A DNA stretch of 64,000 nt, taken from positions 159,154,001-159,218,000 of the forward strand of contig OZ024742.1 in assembly GCA_964016885.1 (NCBI GenBank). Direction: 5' to 3'. The notes under the pieces are model-generated. The model saw only the letters and a list, made by a program, of their open reading frames with translations. It made no database searches and was not told the origin of the DNA. The position numbers and the translations under genes were made by a program. This DNA is from Eledone cirrhosa. Lineage: Eukaryota. Shown piece by piece: positions 41,233 through 55,885 of the stretch (the stretch's first letter is position 1; each line of letters begins with the position of its first letter).

Positions 41233-42332
41233 TACGAGGTCAAAGTAAGTCGATTTTTTTATTTGTAGTTGCAGTCTGACTGGACTGGAAACCATCTACC
41301 ACAATTCACTTACTCATTTGTTGTATATATATTTTACCGTTTACTAATGAATATACCCTCTTACGTGGTCATGAAAACCCTCTTGCGTGGTCGCTAAGCT
41401 CACAAAGCGGAGGGGACATCAAGTTAGATATCAACATTTATTCTGTCCGTTTCATTAAAGGGAAAATTGGAAAGCTTTGAAATAATACAATTGCCACTTT
41501 CTTCCAGATAAGAGCACTCTTTGGATAGACAGAGTTGCTCTTGTATAAATGTTCAAAATAGCTGGTATCGTCTGGTGGGAATATAACAAATTCAACTGGT
41601 CCTTATTCATAAAAAAGAACATTTATGTTCCTTTTTTGAAATTGATATACTTCCTTTCAAGGAATGTATTTATACTTTCAACTGCCTGCAATGGTATCTT
41701 TGGAATATCGTTAATCAATTTTTTAGCAATCTACTGATATCAAAATCAGTAGTATATTGAAAAATGCGTTTCGTGATTTTGAGGGGCAAAAGGGGGGCGT
41801 TTGGCCGAAATGGGTTGAGAACCTTTGATTTAAACCAAGGACGGGAAAGCTACGGCTCTCGCGCTAAATCAGAACCGCAACTCTATTTCACCCGCCCCAC
41901 GGACTCCATTGGACGTGTGACGTTGCATACAAGAATTCTTTGTGTTCATTATCAATTTATAAAATTATAAAATTCACTACCGACAAAGTAATAATTGTTT
42001 CTACTTTAGGCACAAGGCCAATAATTTTAGGGATGGAAAAAGTCGATTAAATCGACCCCAGTCTATAACTGGTGCTTCATTTTATCGACCCCGTAAGGAT
42101 AAAAGGTAAGGCTAACCTCGGCGTGATTTGAACTCAGAACTTAAAAGACCGTATCTCAATGCCGCAATGCATGTGGTCCAACGATCTACCGATACTGCTC
42201 ATCCAATAATAATATTATTAATTGTTTCTACTTTAGGCCAGCAATTTTGAAGGTGAAGGGAAAGTCGATTAAATCGGCCTCCAGCGCATTACTGGTGCTT
42301 TATTTTATTGACCCCGTAATTTCTATTTCACT

Positions 42333-43159
42333 GGATAGACCAACACTGGGGGGAACTAAAAGGATAGACCAACACTGGGGGAACTAAAAGGACGAAAAAA
42401 CGGGTCAGTACTATACGAACATGCTAGACAACAACACGACGGTAACATAGACAACATAGAAATTAGAATAATATCTAAACATAGAAATGACCCAGCAGAT
42501 AGGCAAATCAGAGAGGCCAGTGAAATAGAAATTAGAAGGCCAAGACTAAACAGAAAGAATGAATGGAATAACAACAACACCTAAACAAACAACACTGACC
42601 TAAGAGAAGTGTAAATAAGTAAATAAAATAAAATAAATAAATAAATAAATAAATACATACACAAACACAATAACAACAAGCACATAAACACACACTAGTC
42701 ACCCATCACACAGCAAACAAAACACTATACACACACGCAAACGCATGCGCAAAGAAGACAAAATAAAATAAACAAACAAGCAAATAAATAAATAAATATA
42801 TAGACAGACTGAATAAAAATGGCGTAGACATATAATACAACAGGAGGAAACGATAACACCACTGACGATGTTGCAGATGTGCAACGAAAGATTTATGATA
42901 AACAATATATATGTGTGTGTGTCTATATTGTATCTGTATTATGTTTGACCGTCGGTCAGTCAATGGCAACATTGAGGACCGAGTAAGTTAGATTACCGAT
43001 ATAAAAGACACAGAAGCGAGAAGCGAAAACCAACCAGTGAGTGTGTTCTGTTATTAATTCTGGCAATATTACACAAATATGACCCTCCCCAAGTATAACA
43101 ATATTTGTTTCGACACACGATTTCATATAAAAAACCTCGCAAAACTAATTCATCGCCGC

Positions 43160-43160
<1 letters not shown>
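42333..43160 (+). mobile_element. PLE 3' fragment: GIY-YIG C-terminus plus pLTR
   Basis: SVLYEHARQQHDG...HRNDPADRQIREASEIEIRRPRLNRKNEW. Homologous to 17310-17970 and ends in (TA)n. Confidence 0.75.
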
Positions 43161-43215
<55 letters not shown>

Positions 43216-43216
<1 letters not shown>

Positions 43217-43755
43217 GGGTGCTTCAAAAAGTTCGTAGAAAAAAGACAGTAGGAAAAAATGGTTTTAGTTATGATGTCTATTTTTCAAATTATGCTCCAG
43301 CTAGCTCAATACATTTCTGAAATCGTCGGTACCAGCCTTTAAGTTCATCTGTGTAAAACTGAGGCCCATGCGAATAATACCATGTCAAAGCAGCTTGTTT
43401 TACATCTTCAACTGGGGATCATCTTCAAAACTTCCCCTCTTTCAGTTCTAAATTGACTTAGCCATTTGTAGGTTGTTGATTTCTTTGGGGCATTGCCCCC
43501 CATAAACCTGGTCCTGAGCGTCAATGTTTTGGCTGCTCTTCTACCCTAGCTTCACCATAAATTTGATGCTTTGATGGAGACTATGTTGCTGGAGCGGGTG
43601 CTGATTTTCGACTGGCTTCGCCGCGTTGCAACATGAATTTAAGGGTTTATGTTAGAACATGTTAAGACGAGAATGTACAGGTACATTGAGATCAAAATCC
43701 CTGCATATGATTTTTAGCTCTGTACTTTTCCCACGAACTTTTTGAAGCCCCCTCT
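43216..43755. mobile_element. mariner-type deletion derivative (MITE)
   Basis: TIRs AGGGTGCTTCAAAAAGTTCGT / ACGAACTTTTTGAAGCCCCCT with TA flanks. Confidence 0.8.
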
Positions 43756-44003
43756 TATATAATTATATATATATATAGGAACGAGTAGGACCCCGACGGC
43801 TGAGCACAAGCCGTTTCGACGGCTAATTCTGGACTAAAACTTTAAAAAAAAAAATTTTTTTTTTTTAGTCCAGAATTAGCCGTAGAAACGGGTTGAGCTC
43901 AGCCGTCGGGGTCCTACTCGTTCCTATTACCCACTCTACTACACTAAGTATTGAGTACTTTGGTGCGTTATGGTCCACCTGGTTCCTTATCACATTTCCT
44001 TCG

Positions 44004-44066
<63 letters not shown>

Positions 44067-44580
44067 TGTATATTCATATATATGTGTATATATGTAGGGA
44101 ATCTAGGCAGAGAGATTTGAGCTATTGTTCTTCCGGTAGATGAAATAAATCATGCGACCACATACACTGACATTTACCCTCTTAGGTTTACATTGTATTG
44201 TCCCGGAGTATTTTACTTCCTTTGTTTTGGGACTTATGTCGCCAAACTGTCTTGAAAATACAGTTTTCTGGGTCCATCAGCATATTGTCGATGTCGACAA
44301 TTCTCATAAATAGTCCACTCTAGGCTGTCCAGCAGCCAGTTCGGTTCAGTTCACAACAGAGATCAGAATGATGAAGTGTACCGACAGTCTCATTCCGACC
44401 CGCTGGGTCCTGGCCCTTTCGGCCACCGAGACAAAACAGTCATAGTTCCGTTAAATTTCAACAAAGGCTAGCTCTATACAATTTTTCAGACTACTGCGGC
44501 ATTCACACAAAACCATCACACACATATAACACAATTACTCTTTGACACCTTGTTTTTCCTGTGGTATCATAACTTCGACG

Positions 44581-45508
<928 letters not shown>

Positions 45509-45792
45509 AAAGTTCTATTTAAAATTGTTGGGATACAACAAGTAAATATTTTTATAACTGATATAAAGCACTCGACAAGTATTTGGAGTAGATATACGAT
45601 ATTAATAAATGGAAACTATATTTATAAAACCATATTTATTTCATTATACATATTTCAGGGATACCAAATTAAATTATATATTGTATTTTGTCTGATGAAG
45701 GCATACCATAATTTAATTTGGTATCCCTGAATTTGGTATCCCTATATAATGAAATAAATATGGTTTTATAAATATAGTTTCCATTTATTAAT

Positions 45793-45841
<49 letters not shown>

Positions 45842-45942
45842 GGAAAAAATGAAACGAAATTTCATTTCTCACTCTTAGTACGGCTGTTACTTAAATATAA
45901 GTATGTATACGTACATACATATATGTATACAGACGTACAGTA

Positions 45943-45976
<34 letters not shown>

Positions 45977-46906
45977 TTGCACACATATATATATGTACGT
46001 ATGGATTCACCGAACATTTATTATAATGCTCGGTGTGTTTGTAAACAAACATCCCGAATTAAGCCATACAGTGTCTAGCAACCATCGTTGCTCATTTGTT
46101 CAACACTGACAAAGGAACGCTGTACTAGACACTGTACGGCTTAATTCGGGATGTTTGTTTACAAACACACCGAGCATTATAATAAATGTTCGGTGAATCC
46201 ATACGTACATGTGTGCATGTATGTATATATATATACATACTACTGTACGTCTGTATACATATATGTATGTACGTATACATACTTATGTATATATAAGTAT
46301 GTCAGGTCACCAGTTGGTGCTACTGGTAACATGTATCCCAGTACAACCTGTCTCATGGTCGGGTCGTTGGCGACTAAACTGGCAACCCCACCAAGGTTTC
46401 TTGGTGAGGAGGATGACTTTGGACATCCTGCAGGACTAAAAACAAAACCTGTCAAAGGGCAAAGGAGCTCTTAAGAGTCAATGGCCATCCAAAATCACCG
46501 GGAGAGATGACCCCTTAGCCTTTGTCAAGGCAGAATTCTAGGAGAAGGAAAACTCTGATATAACACCTGCAACCCTGATGGTATCCAATGATGTTGACTT
46601 GTTCTTCTTTTTGGTAAATATCATCTTGGTTAAGAGAGTGGGACTGGCTTTGTGCAGTGCCTTTGCTCACTATAAAAGCTTCACGGCACAGGCATTGCTT
46701 TATATCTGGAGATCTCTCTGCACTTGTCGTCACATGGTACCATGGGCCCAGCAGTATGTGTCAATAATTGTCACAAGTGTAGTGTTTGTACCAGAGTTTT
46801 CAAGTCGCTGGCTGGACTAAAAAGTCACACTCGTTCAGCGCTTCGGTAGGAGTTCTCCTACATGGATATAATGTAGTGGCCGTACTCGAAAACGAGTTGG
46901 CAGCCA

Positions 46907-46960
<54 letters not shown>

Positions 46961-47104
46961 GGGTGTGTATGATTGTGTATAGAAGATTATATTAATAAGA
47001 GGAATTCCAACTTTGTCAGACAAAGTTGGAATTCCTCTTATTAATATATATATATATATAATTCAAATAGTTAATAAATGAAAAATATTCTCATAATCAA
47101 AATA

Positions 47105-47171
47105 TATATTTTATTATACATATTTCAAAGGTACAATGGTGTTTAAGTACGTTTTCATCAGACAAAATATA
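47105..47171 (-). ncRNA. Type I hammerhead ribozyme in an inverted-repeat pLTR (47064-47348)
   Basis: 10-bp stem I UAUAUUUUGU/AUAAAAUAUA, core CUGAUGA, stem II AAA-C-GUAC/GUAC-C-UUU, then GAAA-UAUGUA-UA. Confidence 0.82.
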
Positions 47172-47627
47172 TGATTTGAAATGTAATATACAGCTACAGT
47201 TTTGATTATTCAATTCCAGTATTGGCAATATCAAATCATATATTTTATCTCGTAAAAACGTACTTAAACACAATTGTACCTTTGAAATATGTATAATAAA
47301 ATATATATTTTGATTATGAGAATATTTTTCATTTATTAACATTTTGAATAATATTAAAAACTCCAGGAAGTTGAGTGCTTCTAATCTATTGTAATATTGT
47401 ATTCGTTGAGTAATCAACGAACCATATTAATCTTTGGTCATATATATATATAGGAGAATGTTTAACCCCGACGGCAGAGCTCAAGCCTGGACTCCAGAAA
47501 TAGCCGTCGAAACGGCTTAAGCTCTGCCGTCGGGGTTAAACATTTTCCTATTACCCACTCTACTACCCTAAGTATTGAGTACTCTGGTGCGTTATGGTCC
47601 ATCTGGTTCCTTAACATACCTCCTTCG

Positions 47628-47723
<96 letters not shown>

Positions 47724-47946
47724 AAATGTGTGAGATCCTTGGTACAGTTAGGTATATTTGAAAAAATGGAAAAGAATGACTTCAATTGTAGTGTTAAATA
47801 GTTGGATTTAATTTTAAAATATTATGAGTTGGTAGATCTATATACACATACAATTTTACTATGCCATGTTTGCGGTGCATGGCACTTTATGGTAATGTGA
47901 TTTCATAAAATTATTAATATTTTTCTATATACATATATACATATAT

Positions 47947-48023
<77 letters not shown>

Positions 48024-48028
<5 letters not shown>

Positions 48029-48366
48029 ATAATAATAAATTTGAAGACTAAAATCCAAAGAGGGCTGGATAACGATAAATATATATCAAATATATAAGAA
48101 CCGTAGAGCAAATATTATGAACCACCTAAGAGAACATTAGTCTACGACCTCTTTTATACCATAAACGTGGTTCTGTCTTTGCGTGTAATTGTTTTTCACC
48201 GCTCCTATTAATGACGTATTATATTCATTTTTTCCCGTTCTGCGTTTACAGATTGACTTTGTTAGTTTCAGAAGATCCCGTTAAGGGTGAAAGCAGCGAC
48301 TTTAATCTGTTATTTTAATAAATATATATAAATATATATAGCGACTTTAATCTGTTATTTTAATAA

Positions 48367-48446
<80 letters not shown>

Positions 48447-48495
48447 CTATTAGAATAACAGATTTTCTTTGCTTAAACTTTAATCTGTTATTTTA

Positions 48496-48500
<5 letters not shown>
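48024..48500. repeat. Rearranged copy of the 63598-64000 pLTR-like sequence
   Basis: 48024-48115 matches 63598-63687 directly. 48117-48325 is an inverted, deleted copy of 63688-63983 with a broken CAGAAGA hammerhead at 48264-48299. Confidence 0.8.
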
Positions 48501-48540
<40 letters not shown>

Positions 48541-48702
48541 CGGAGAAAGCTTTTAGCGATACTCCGGCCAAATTCCAACTCACTCAAAAAACATTAGGAA
48601 ATAAGTGAGTATATTCCTAATTAAACGTTCGGGGTGCTAACTAAATGTATTGTGTGGAAAATTGGCTGTATTATTTCATATGAGACATCGAATATATCTC
48701 TT

Positions 48703-48835
48703 CCCAGACGGACGTCTCGTTTCATTATAAGATTCCTACAATTTGGGTGAAATTATACCAATTTATGTAGGAGCTTGTATAAGATCAACAGATATATATT
48801 CAAGTGGGCTCTTATAATTCATCAGTGGGTGCCCA
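48703..48835 (-). ncRNA. Type I hammerhead with branched stem II and putative pseudoknot (homolog of 33087-33216)
   Basis: CCCA-CUGAUGA-AUUAUAAGA [~80 nt, two hairpins] UCUUAUAAU-GAAA-CGAGACGUCCG-UC/UGGG. Canonical GUC cleavage triplet, and a UGGGC/GCCCA pair. Confidence 0.9.
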
Positions 48836-49186
48836 ATAATACTAATATTGATAATCTAACCAATATCAGTATTTAGCGATAATCACCATCAGTGCCTGAG
48901 GTATCTGTCAGGTTGCTACTCCAGCAGTTCTAAAGAAATACTCAAACTGATTAAAAAATGAGGAAGTATATTACCGCCAAATATATACAAATGAAAGTAC
49001 AGCATATTCGATGCTCGAGCCGCAGCTAAGCCGACGAATGTCTTCAGCAGAGCAGCCAAGCATTCGACAAGGTATACAATCTCAGAGTAATAACATACAG
49101 TTTAAAGGGCTTTGAAAATTGAAAATAGCGACCGGTAATTCATCCACGCGTTCTGTAGCAACGAAAGAACTGACTCGCGAGAAAAA

Positions 49187-49288
<102 letters not shown>

Positions 49289-49297
49289 TTATATATA

Positions 49298-49382
<85 letters not shown>

Positions 49383-49429
49383 GCATATATATATATATAC
49401 ATGCATATATATATATATATATATATATA

Positions 49430-49709
49430 CGATATTAACAAATGGAAACTATATTTATAAAACCATATTTATTTCATTATACATATTTCAAGGACACCAA
49501 GTTAAATTATGGTGTGCTTTCATCAGACAAAATATAATATAGATCAGTTTTATAAATAAATATTGACATACCCTTAAAATATGCAACCATTACTGTTGGA
49601 AGCTCCCGGATAGTGGAGTTGTTTACTTATATTATTATTAGTATTGGATATTTTTATTTTTAAAATAAGCCGTTGGGTTACAGAGAAAGAAAAAAGATAA
49701 AGATAAAGA

Positions 49710-49785
<76 letters not shown>

Positions 49786-51625
49786 AAAACAACAGAGAGA
49801 GAAAGAGAGAGGAGACAGAGAGAAGGGGAGAGAACGAAAAACTCTAAGTCATATCTTGTTGAGTTAACTTAACAATTGAGATGAAATGAATAAATAAAAT
49901 TAGAAATGTTAATAATCCTGAATGGAATATACATATATAATATGAGAAATTAACCATTGTTTAAATATGATTAGATGTTTAGTTAATCATTTAAAAATTG
50001 AGATCAATATATTAAAAATTGGGATCTATACATTAAGAAATCCATATATTACTAGAGAACTACATATCTTATAACACGTATACACACGCAAAACTACATA
50101 TAAATATATATACACACTTATAAAATACATAACATATCTAACCACGTATATAATATATACACACAAAGCATAAAGGATTCTTTAATTTAATTTAAGATAT
50201 AGGAATCTTAAAAATGTTATAATTGTTAAGATATTAAAGGAGATTTTATGTTATACACACTTTATGTTATTAAACAAACATTTTTTAATATAAGTTTTAT
50301 AAGATTACCTGTTATGTATTTATGGCTGTTATTATATGTCTATCTGTCACGAATCTTGGGATAATCACTATACATAAGTGCAATCAAATTGTATGGATAT
50401 ACACGCACACGCATATACACAATTCTCACATATACATATATATACATGTGTGTGTACCCTCAGCCAATAGGTAGATACGCATCAACGCATACATATACAT
50501 ACAGACAGACATACACTCATAAAAACGCATAGAACATATGTTCATGTATGTCAATACACACATATACATATATACTCACATATAGAGAGAAGTATATATA
50601 AATACAGTACATAGTATAATTGAGTACATAAAATACAAAAGAATTATATTACAATTTGGAAATATAATTATAAGCAATAAAACTTTAAAAGCAATACAAT
50701 TTAAAAATATTATAGAATATTTTAAGTTATAATTTCAAAATAATAGTATGTTTAATAGATTTAGTATAGAAATTTATCTTATGTATACTTAACTCAACAT
50801 TTTGAAATGATAAACTTTCGAAAATAGGAGAAGCTATCAGAACAATAAAAAAAAAACAATAAAAAAATAAGAAATAAGAAATATTTTCTCCTTTCAAGAG
50901 CTCTTCATATATTTCTCTAGAATAGTTTATTATATTTATATATATTTATATTTAGGAAGAAAAGTTATTTTTACTTGAGTATATAATCAGTCAAACAAGA
51001 TGAAGGAATCCAATGATTTATCGACAGGTTCAATATATCAATAAAATTAATTAATTATTAAATTAAATTTATATTTATATTTAAACGTTGAGTTTAATCT
51101 ATGTCTGCAGCAACTGAATAAATTATTCCTTAAGTTCAGGGAATTTTTGGTCTTTAATATAAAGAATATTTCCTCTATACAAAGATCGCAATTTTCTGAA
51201 GAGGAGTTAAAAGGAGTAGCTTTTGAAATAATATTAAAATCAACGGATATTCAACGTTCCTTAGTTTTAGGTCCCATAATAGGCTAGATAGAGAAGTTGA
51301 AGATTTTTTGTTTGGATCTGTAAAAGAATTTTTATGATTATTGAAGCGGAATTTAAACTCTGTGGAAGTAGATCCCACATAATTAAATGAATTTACATTA
51401 GTTTTTACATTACAATTATATACTACATTTTTAGCTAAGCAATTGTTATTTAACGGACAGTTAGATTTATTTCTACAGTTACATTTATCAGATTGAATAT
51501 TGCTTGGGTTATTATTGGTATTTTGGTTAGGTTTTAAATTTCTATTATTAATTCTATTAATATTTTGCGCTAAATTTTTGGTGGAAGAATAAGTTAATTT
51601 TATCGTATGTCTATTAAAAATTGAG
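49430..51625 (-). mobile_element. 5'-truncated Naiad-like PLE: GIY-YIG domain (51050-51625) plus long 3' region ending in a hammerhead
   Basis: KCNCRNKSNCPLNNNCLAKNVVY...YVGST..EFK.RFNNH...CRH. The terminal segment 49430-49570 is homologous to 59925-60050. Confidence 0.8.
49470..49534 (-). ncRNA. Type I hammerhead ribozyme at the PLE 3' end
   Basis: UAUUUUGU-CUGAUGA-AAG C ACACCA..UGGUGU C CUU-GAAA-UAUGUA-UA/AUGAAAUA. Confidence 0.85.
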
Positions 51626-52482
51626 TAAACGATTGTTCGTTTGATTTGTCCAGGTGTACTTTTCTCAACCTGATTAGTTCTATCGTTACTTTGGTATATA
51701 TTGTGTGTTAGTTTCGCCTACCACAATGTTCGAGTTGTCAAGCTATTTAAACGTATGTTATTACTCTCAGGTCCTATCTTATCGAGTGCTTTGCTAACTC
51801 ATCATTTCATATAAGTAGGCCGAATTTACTTGCAAACCGCCAGAGATTCGATTTTACTGATTTTCAATTATATTATTCTCCTAGATTTAATAATTAACTA
51901 ATTAATTTAATTAGACAATTCTGTTGATTGGTTAATTATTTGTGTTTGTTTTATAACATCTAGTTGAGAGCTTATCATGATGATTAGCGGAAATTAAAAT
52001 ATTTCCTTTCGCTAGCATTTTGAATGACCCGCCTAAAACCGGGGGTTATTTCCCTTGCCGGAATTAACACGTGATAGCTATAGATTCGATTAGCCGCATG
52101 GAGCAGCAACATATAATTTATCACTCCGGTTCTAGGCAGAACGAAATACCTGTTGATAAACTGAATCCTCCGTTCGATCACCAATACCATGAGCTTGCCA
52201 TTCACGTAAGTCTGATATTTGATTTCGGATTCAAAGAAACACTTTAAACGATTGTTCGTTTGATTTGTCCAGGTGTACTTTTCTCAACCTGATTAGTTCT
52301 ATCGTTACTTTGGTATATATTGTGTGTTAGTTTCGCCTACCACAATGTTCGATTTGCCAAGCTATTTAAACGTATGTTATTACTCTAAGGTCCTATCTTA
52401 TCGAGTGCTTTGCTAACTCATCATTTCATATAAGTAGGCCGAATTTACTTGCAAACCGCCAGAGATTCGATTTTACTGATTT
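51626..52482. repeat. Partial tandem: 237-bp direct repeats, period 619
   Basis: 51626-51863 matches 52245-52482. Part of it is homologous to the minus strand of 49050-49115. Confidence 0.85.
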
Positions 52483-52550
<68 letters not shown>

Positions 52551-52563
<13 letters not shown>

Positions 52564-53065
52564 CTTCTGGTTTTATAATTTCACAAATTTTTTTCCCAAT
52601 AGCGGGAGAGTTGGTTTCTAACATAGACACAAGACTCTCTCATTGAAATTTACACATCAACTAGGTAGATTATGTATTCATGCATGCATGTGTAGATACG
52701 GATGTTATTGTATGTGTGGATGTGTATGTTTTGAGTTGTATGTGTGCATGTGTATATGCTTTGTATCTGTACATGTGTATATGCAGTTATTAGATGCAAA
52801 ATGTATGTATGTATGTTGTTCTAGTTTTATAATTTCACAAATTTTTTCCCAATAGAGAGAGAGTCGGTTTCTAACATAGATACAAGACTCTTTCATTGGA
52901 ATTTACACATCAACTAGGTAGATATGTATGCATGTCAGCATGCATGCATGTGTAGATATGGATGTTATTGTATGTGTGGATGTGTATGTTTTGAGTTGTA
53001 TGTGTGCATGTGTATATGCTTTGTATCTGTACATGTGTATATGCAGTTATTAGATGCAAAATGTT
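52551..53065. repeat. Tandem duplication, ~2 x 254 bp
   Basis: TTTTATAATTTCACAAATT...GCAGTTATTAGATGCAAAATG is repeated. Confidence 0.8.
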
Positions 53066-53439
53066 TGGGATGTTTTACATATTTTTACTGTTCCATTAAT
53101 GGATTGTACTTGTAATTTCCTAATTAGTTGTGTTTGTACTTGTAATTTCCTAACTAGTTATGTATGTATGTATGTATGTATGTTTTCTCTTTCTCTTAAT
53201 TTCGAGTATATTTTTTTGACCGGCCACCTTCCTGGTGGCAAGGTTGTAAAAGAAAAGAAATTGTCATCCCTTGAATCGCAAGAATGTTTTGCATATTTTG
53301 AAGGTGCCAGCATGTATGTATGTATGTATGTATGTATGTATGTATGTATGTATGTATGTATGTATGTATGTATGTATGTATATAACCCAGTAAAAAGAAT
53401 ATGTACAATAGTATCGGATTCGATAAAACGTGAGCAAAA

Positions 53440-54830
53440 TTTGCTTTAGATACCCATCAGGCATCTTTCATTTCTCTAAGGGATGTCTGTACCTGCTGTT
53501 TTCTATCCTTATAGGCTTTCTTTTTAGCTGTTGAGTTTCTGTCTCCATTCCAAAGCCTGTATAGGTTATGCATCTCGCTGATAACGGTTTGGCCATCTGA
53601 GTTGCTTTCATCAAACCAGTCGTGGTGTTTTCTCATAGGAAATTCTAAAAATTCTACGGTGGCTACATAAGAGGGAACTTTGAGCGCTTTCCAGTAAGCC
53701 TCAGTGTCCTTCGAAATCTGGCAGAGTAGAGGAATGAGTAAAGTTTTGCTTTCTATCAGTGGATCTCAAAGCACCCACAGCAACATGGGTGAGATATGTT
53801 GCTTTTGAAAATGCCGTGGTTTTTTGGGGAATATTAAATGAAACCTTGCTGCGCAGCGGTACATGATCCGAGAGATAGCAAGAAGAGTGAAAAGAGGGAG
53901 TGATTTGGGGATCTTTTAGGTCACACTTGTTTGTGATGACATAGTCAATCATGTACCAAACCTTGGATTTAGGGTGCATTCATGTTGTCTTATGGCTTGC
54001 AGGTTGTCGAAAAAAATTTATTTGTGATGCTAAGATAAAATTCCTTGCATCCCATTTGAGTTCATAGCTCTAACTCTATTAAACTCAAGGACGTCATGCC
54101 ATATTAGGTAATCATTTACAACTCTAGCATTGAAATTTCCCATTATGATGAGCTTGTTCTTGTATGGAACAGTGGAGACCATTGTGTGAAGCTGATCATA
54201 AAATGTTACGATATAATGCTCAGATGAATAAAGAGTTGGGACGTAACAACTCATTAGTGTAAGAAAGGTGTTGTTTGCTAGATCAAGAGAAAGAGTCGTG
54301 ATACGATCACTGACACCCTTCAGGAATGATGTTAGGTATCTAGCAATGTCGGATCTAATGATATAGCCAACATCAGATTGACGGTGGTCTTCTTCACCTT
54401 TCCTGGACGAGAAGACTGCGTACCCTTCTACTTCTTCCATTTGGGATGTGCCGGGGAGTTAAGTTTCACTTAAAGCACAGTTATCGATATAATGTCTATT
54501 GAGTGCATTGCAGGTGAGGCTGACATTCCTTCAAGATTTGAGCTGCCGTCCCGGACTGTCTTAATATTCCAGGATCCAAAAGTTGAATGCTTGGTTTTGT
54601 TTCGACCGCATATTTGGATAACGAGACAGACGCGGTACTGTCAAGTTAAAAGATTGAGCAAGCATTTGTTTAGGGCTCCTTTTACCACTCGTCACTGTGT
54701 ATGGAAAGCAGTGCTATGTCTCTAAAGACATGTATTGTTACCATCAGAGAATACGAACAGCATAAATTTTGAGCATGAACGGCCATCACCTGATAGTCGT
54801 CACTGTGTAAAGCTCCAGCTAAAGATTTCC
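53440..54830 (-). mobile_element. RTE/BovB-like LINE 5' part (APE endonuclease), decayed
   Basis: GSWNI, CYVPT, IIMGNFNARV, MHPKSK.WYMIDYV and SDH. Confidence 0.85.
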
Positions 54831-55036
54831 TGTAATACCCTTTATATGTCTGTAATACCCTTTATATTGCCTTAGCTCTCTCGCCATTGGATTTTGTGTT
54901 AAAGGTGGGATATCAAATAAACAACACTAGTAGATCAGTTGAACTACCACACAAACGAGTTGTTTATAGTGATGAAGGCTTCCTTTTTTATAAGTATTGT
55001 AGATATGTATACGTGTGTGGGGGTGTGAGTATATAT

Positions 55037-55810
55037 ATATATTACGTAACTGTCTTTATCCCATTGCAGAAACTAATTAGTTGGAGTGAAAATTTTAGTA
55101 AGTAAGTTAATTTTTTAAATTCTTTTAAAAATTTTCTTATTTTACGTCTTTCATATTATTGTTCTGCATCTTCCTGCATGGAACCACCTAGGTACTATGA
55201 CATAACTTATGTATTTGCTAGCATTAGCGTACATCTGTACGCATATGTTAGTAGATATACTAAATTCTCTATATTTATCTCCAAATTATTTATTTGTTGA
55301 GCAAACCTGCCAAAACCACTACTAATTTATTGGTGTGGTAGTAGGCTTCTGTCATCTTACCATCCCACTCCTACCGACTAGCCTCAGTGTCACGCGATTG
55401 ATTCTTTAGAATCTGCTATTTGACCAGAGACAGCGAGCTTTTCAGTGCATGGAATCCAGTCCCCGCTAGCTGTTCCATCTACCGAATTATTATTATTTTT
55501 ATATGAGTCCCCAGTGTCCGCGCATTGCCTGGAGACTTAGCTGAGAATAGACTCCCTGATGACGCAATGAATTCTCGACGGTTATATTACGTAACTGTCT
55601 TTATCCCATTGCAGAAACTAATTAGTTGGAGTGAAAATTTTAGTAAGTAAGTTAATTTTTTAAATTCTTTTTAAAATTTTCTTATTTTACGTCTTTCATA
55701 TTATTGTTCTGCATCCTCCTGCATGGAACCACCTAGGTACTATGACATAACTTATGTATTTGCTAGCATTAGCGTACATCTGTACGCATATGTTAGTAGA
55801 TATACTAAAT

Positions 55811-55815
<5 letters not shown>
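55037..55815 (+). repeat. Partial tandem pLTR/retrozyme unit, period 545
   Basis: 55037-55270 matches 55582-55815. An inverted family fragment lies at 58363-58447. Confidence 0.88.
55543..55632 (+). ncRNA. Type I hammerhead with long stem II and putative pseudoknot
   Basis: ACUCC-CUGAUGA-C GCAAUG aauucuc GACGGUUA..UAACUGUC uuuaucc CAUUGC A-GAAA-CUAAUUAG-UU/GGAGU. Flank GAGAAU is complementary to AUUCUC. Confidence 0.9.

Positions 55816-55879
<64 letters not shown>

Positions 55880-55885
<6 letters not shown>

Noticed and set aside
44215-44290. Minus-strand CUGAUGG plus hairpin
   Set aside because: A9 and the GAAA core are missing, so it is too decayed to call.
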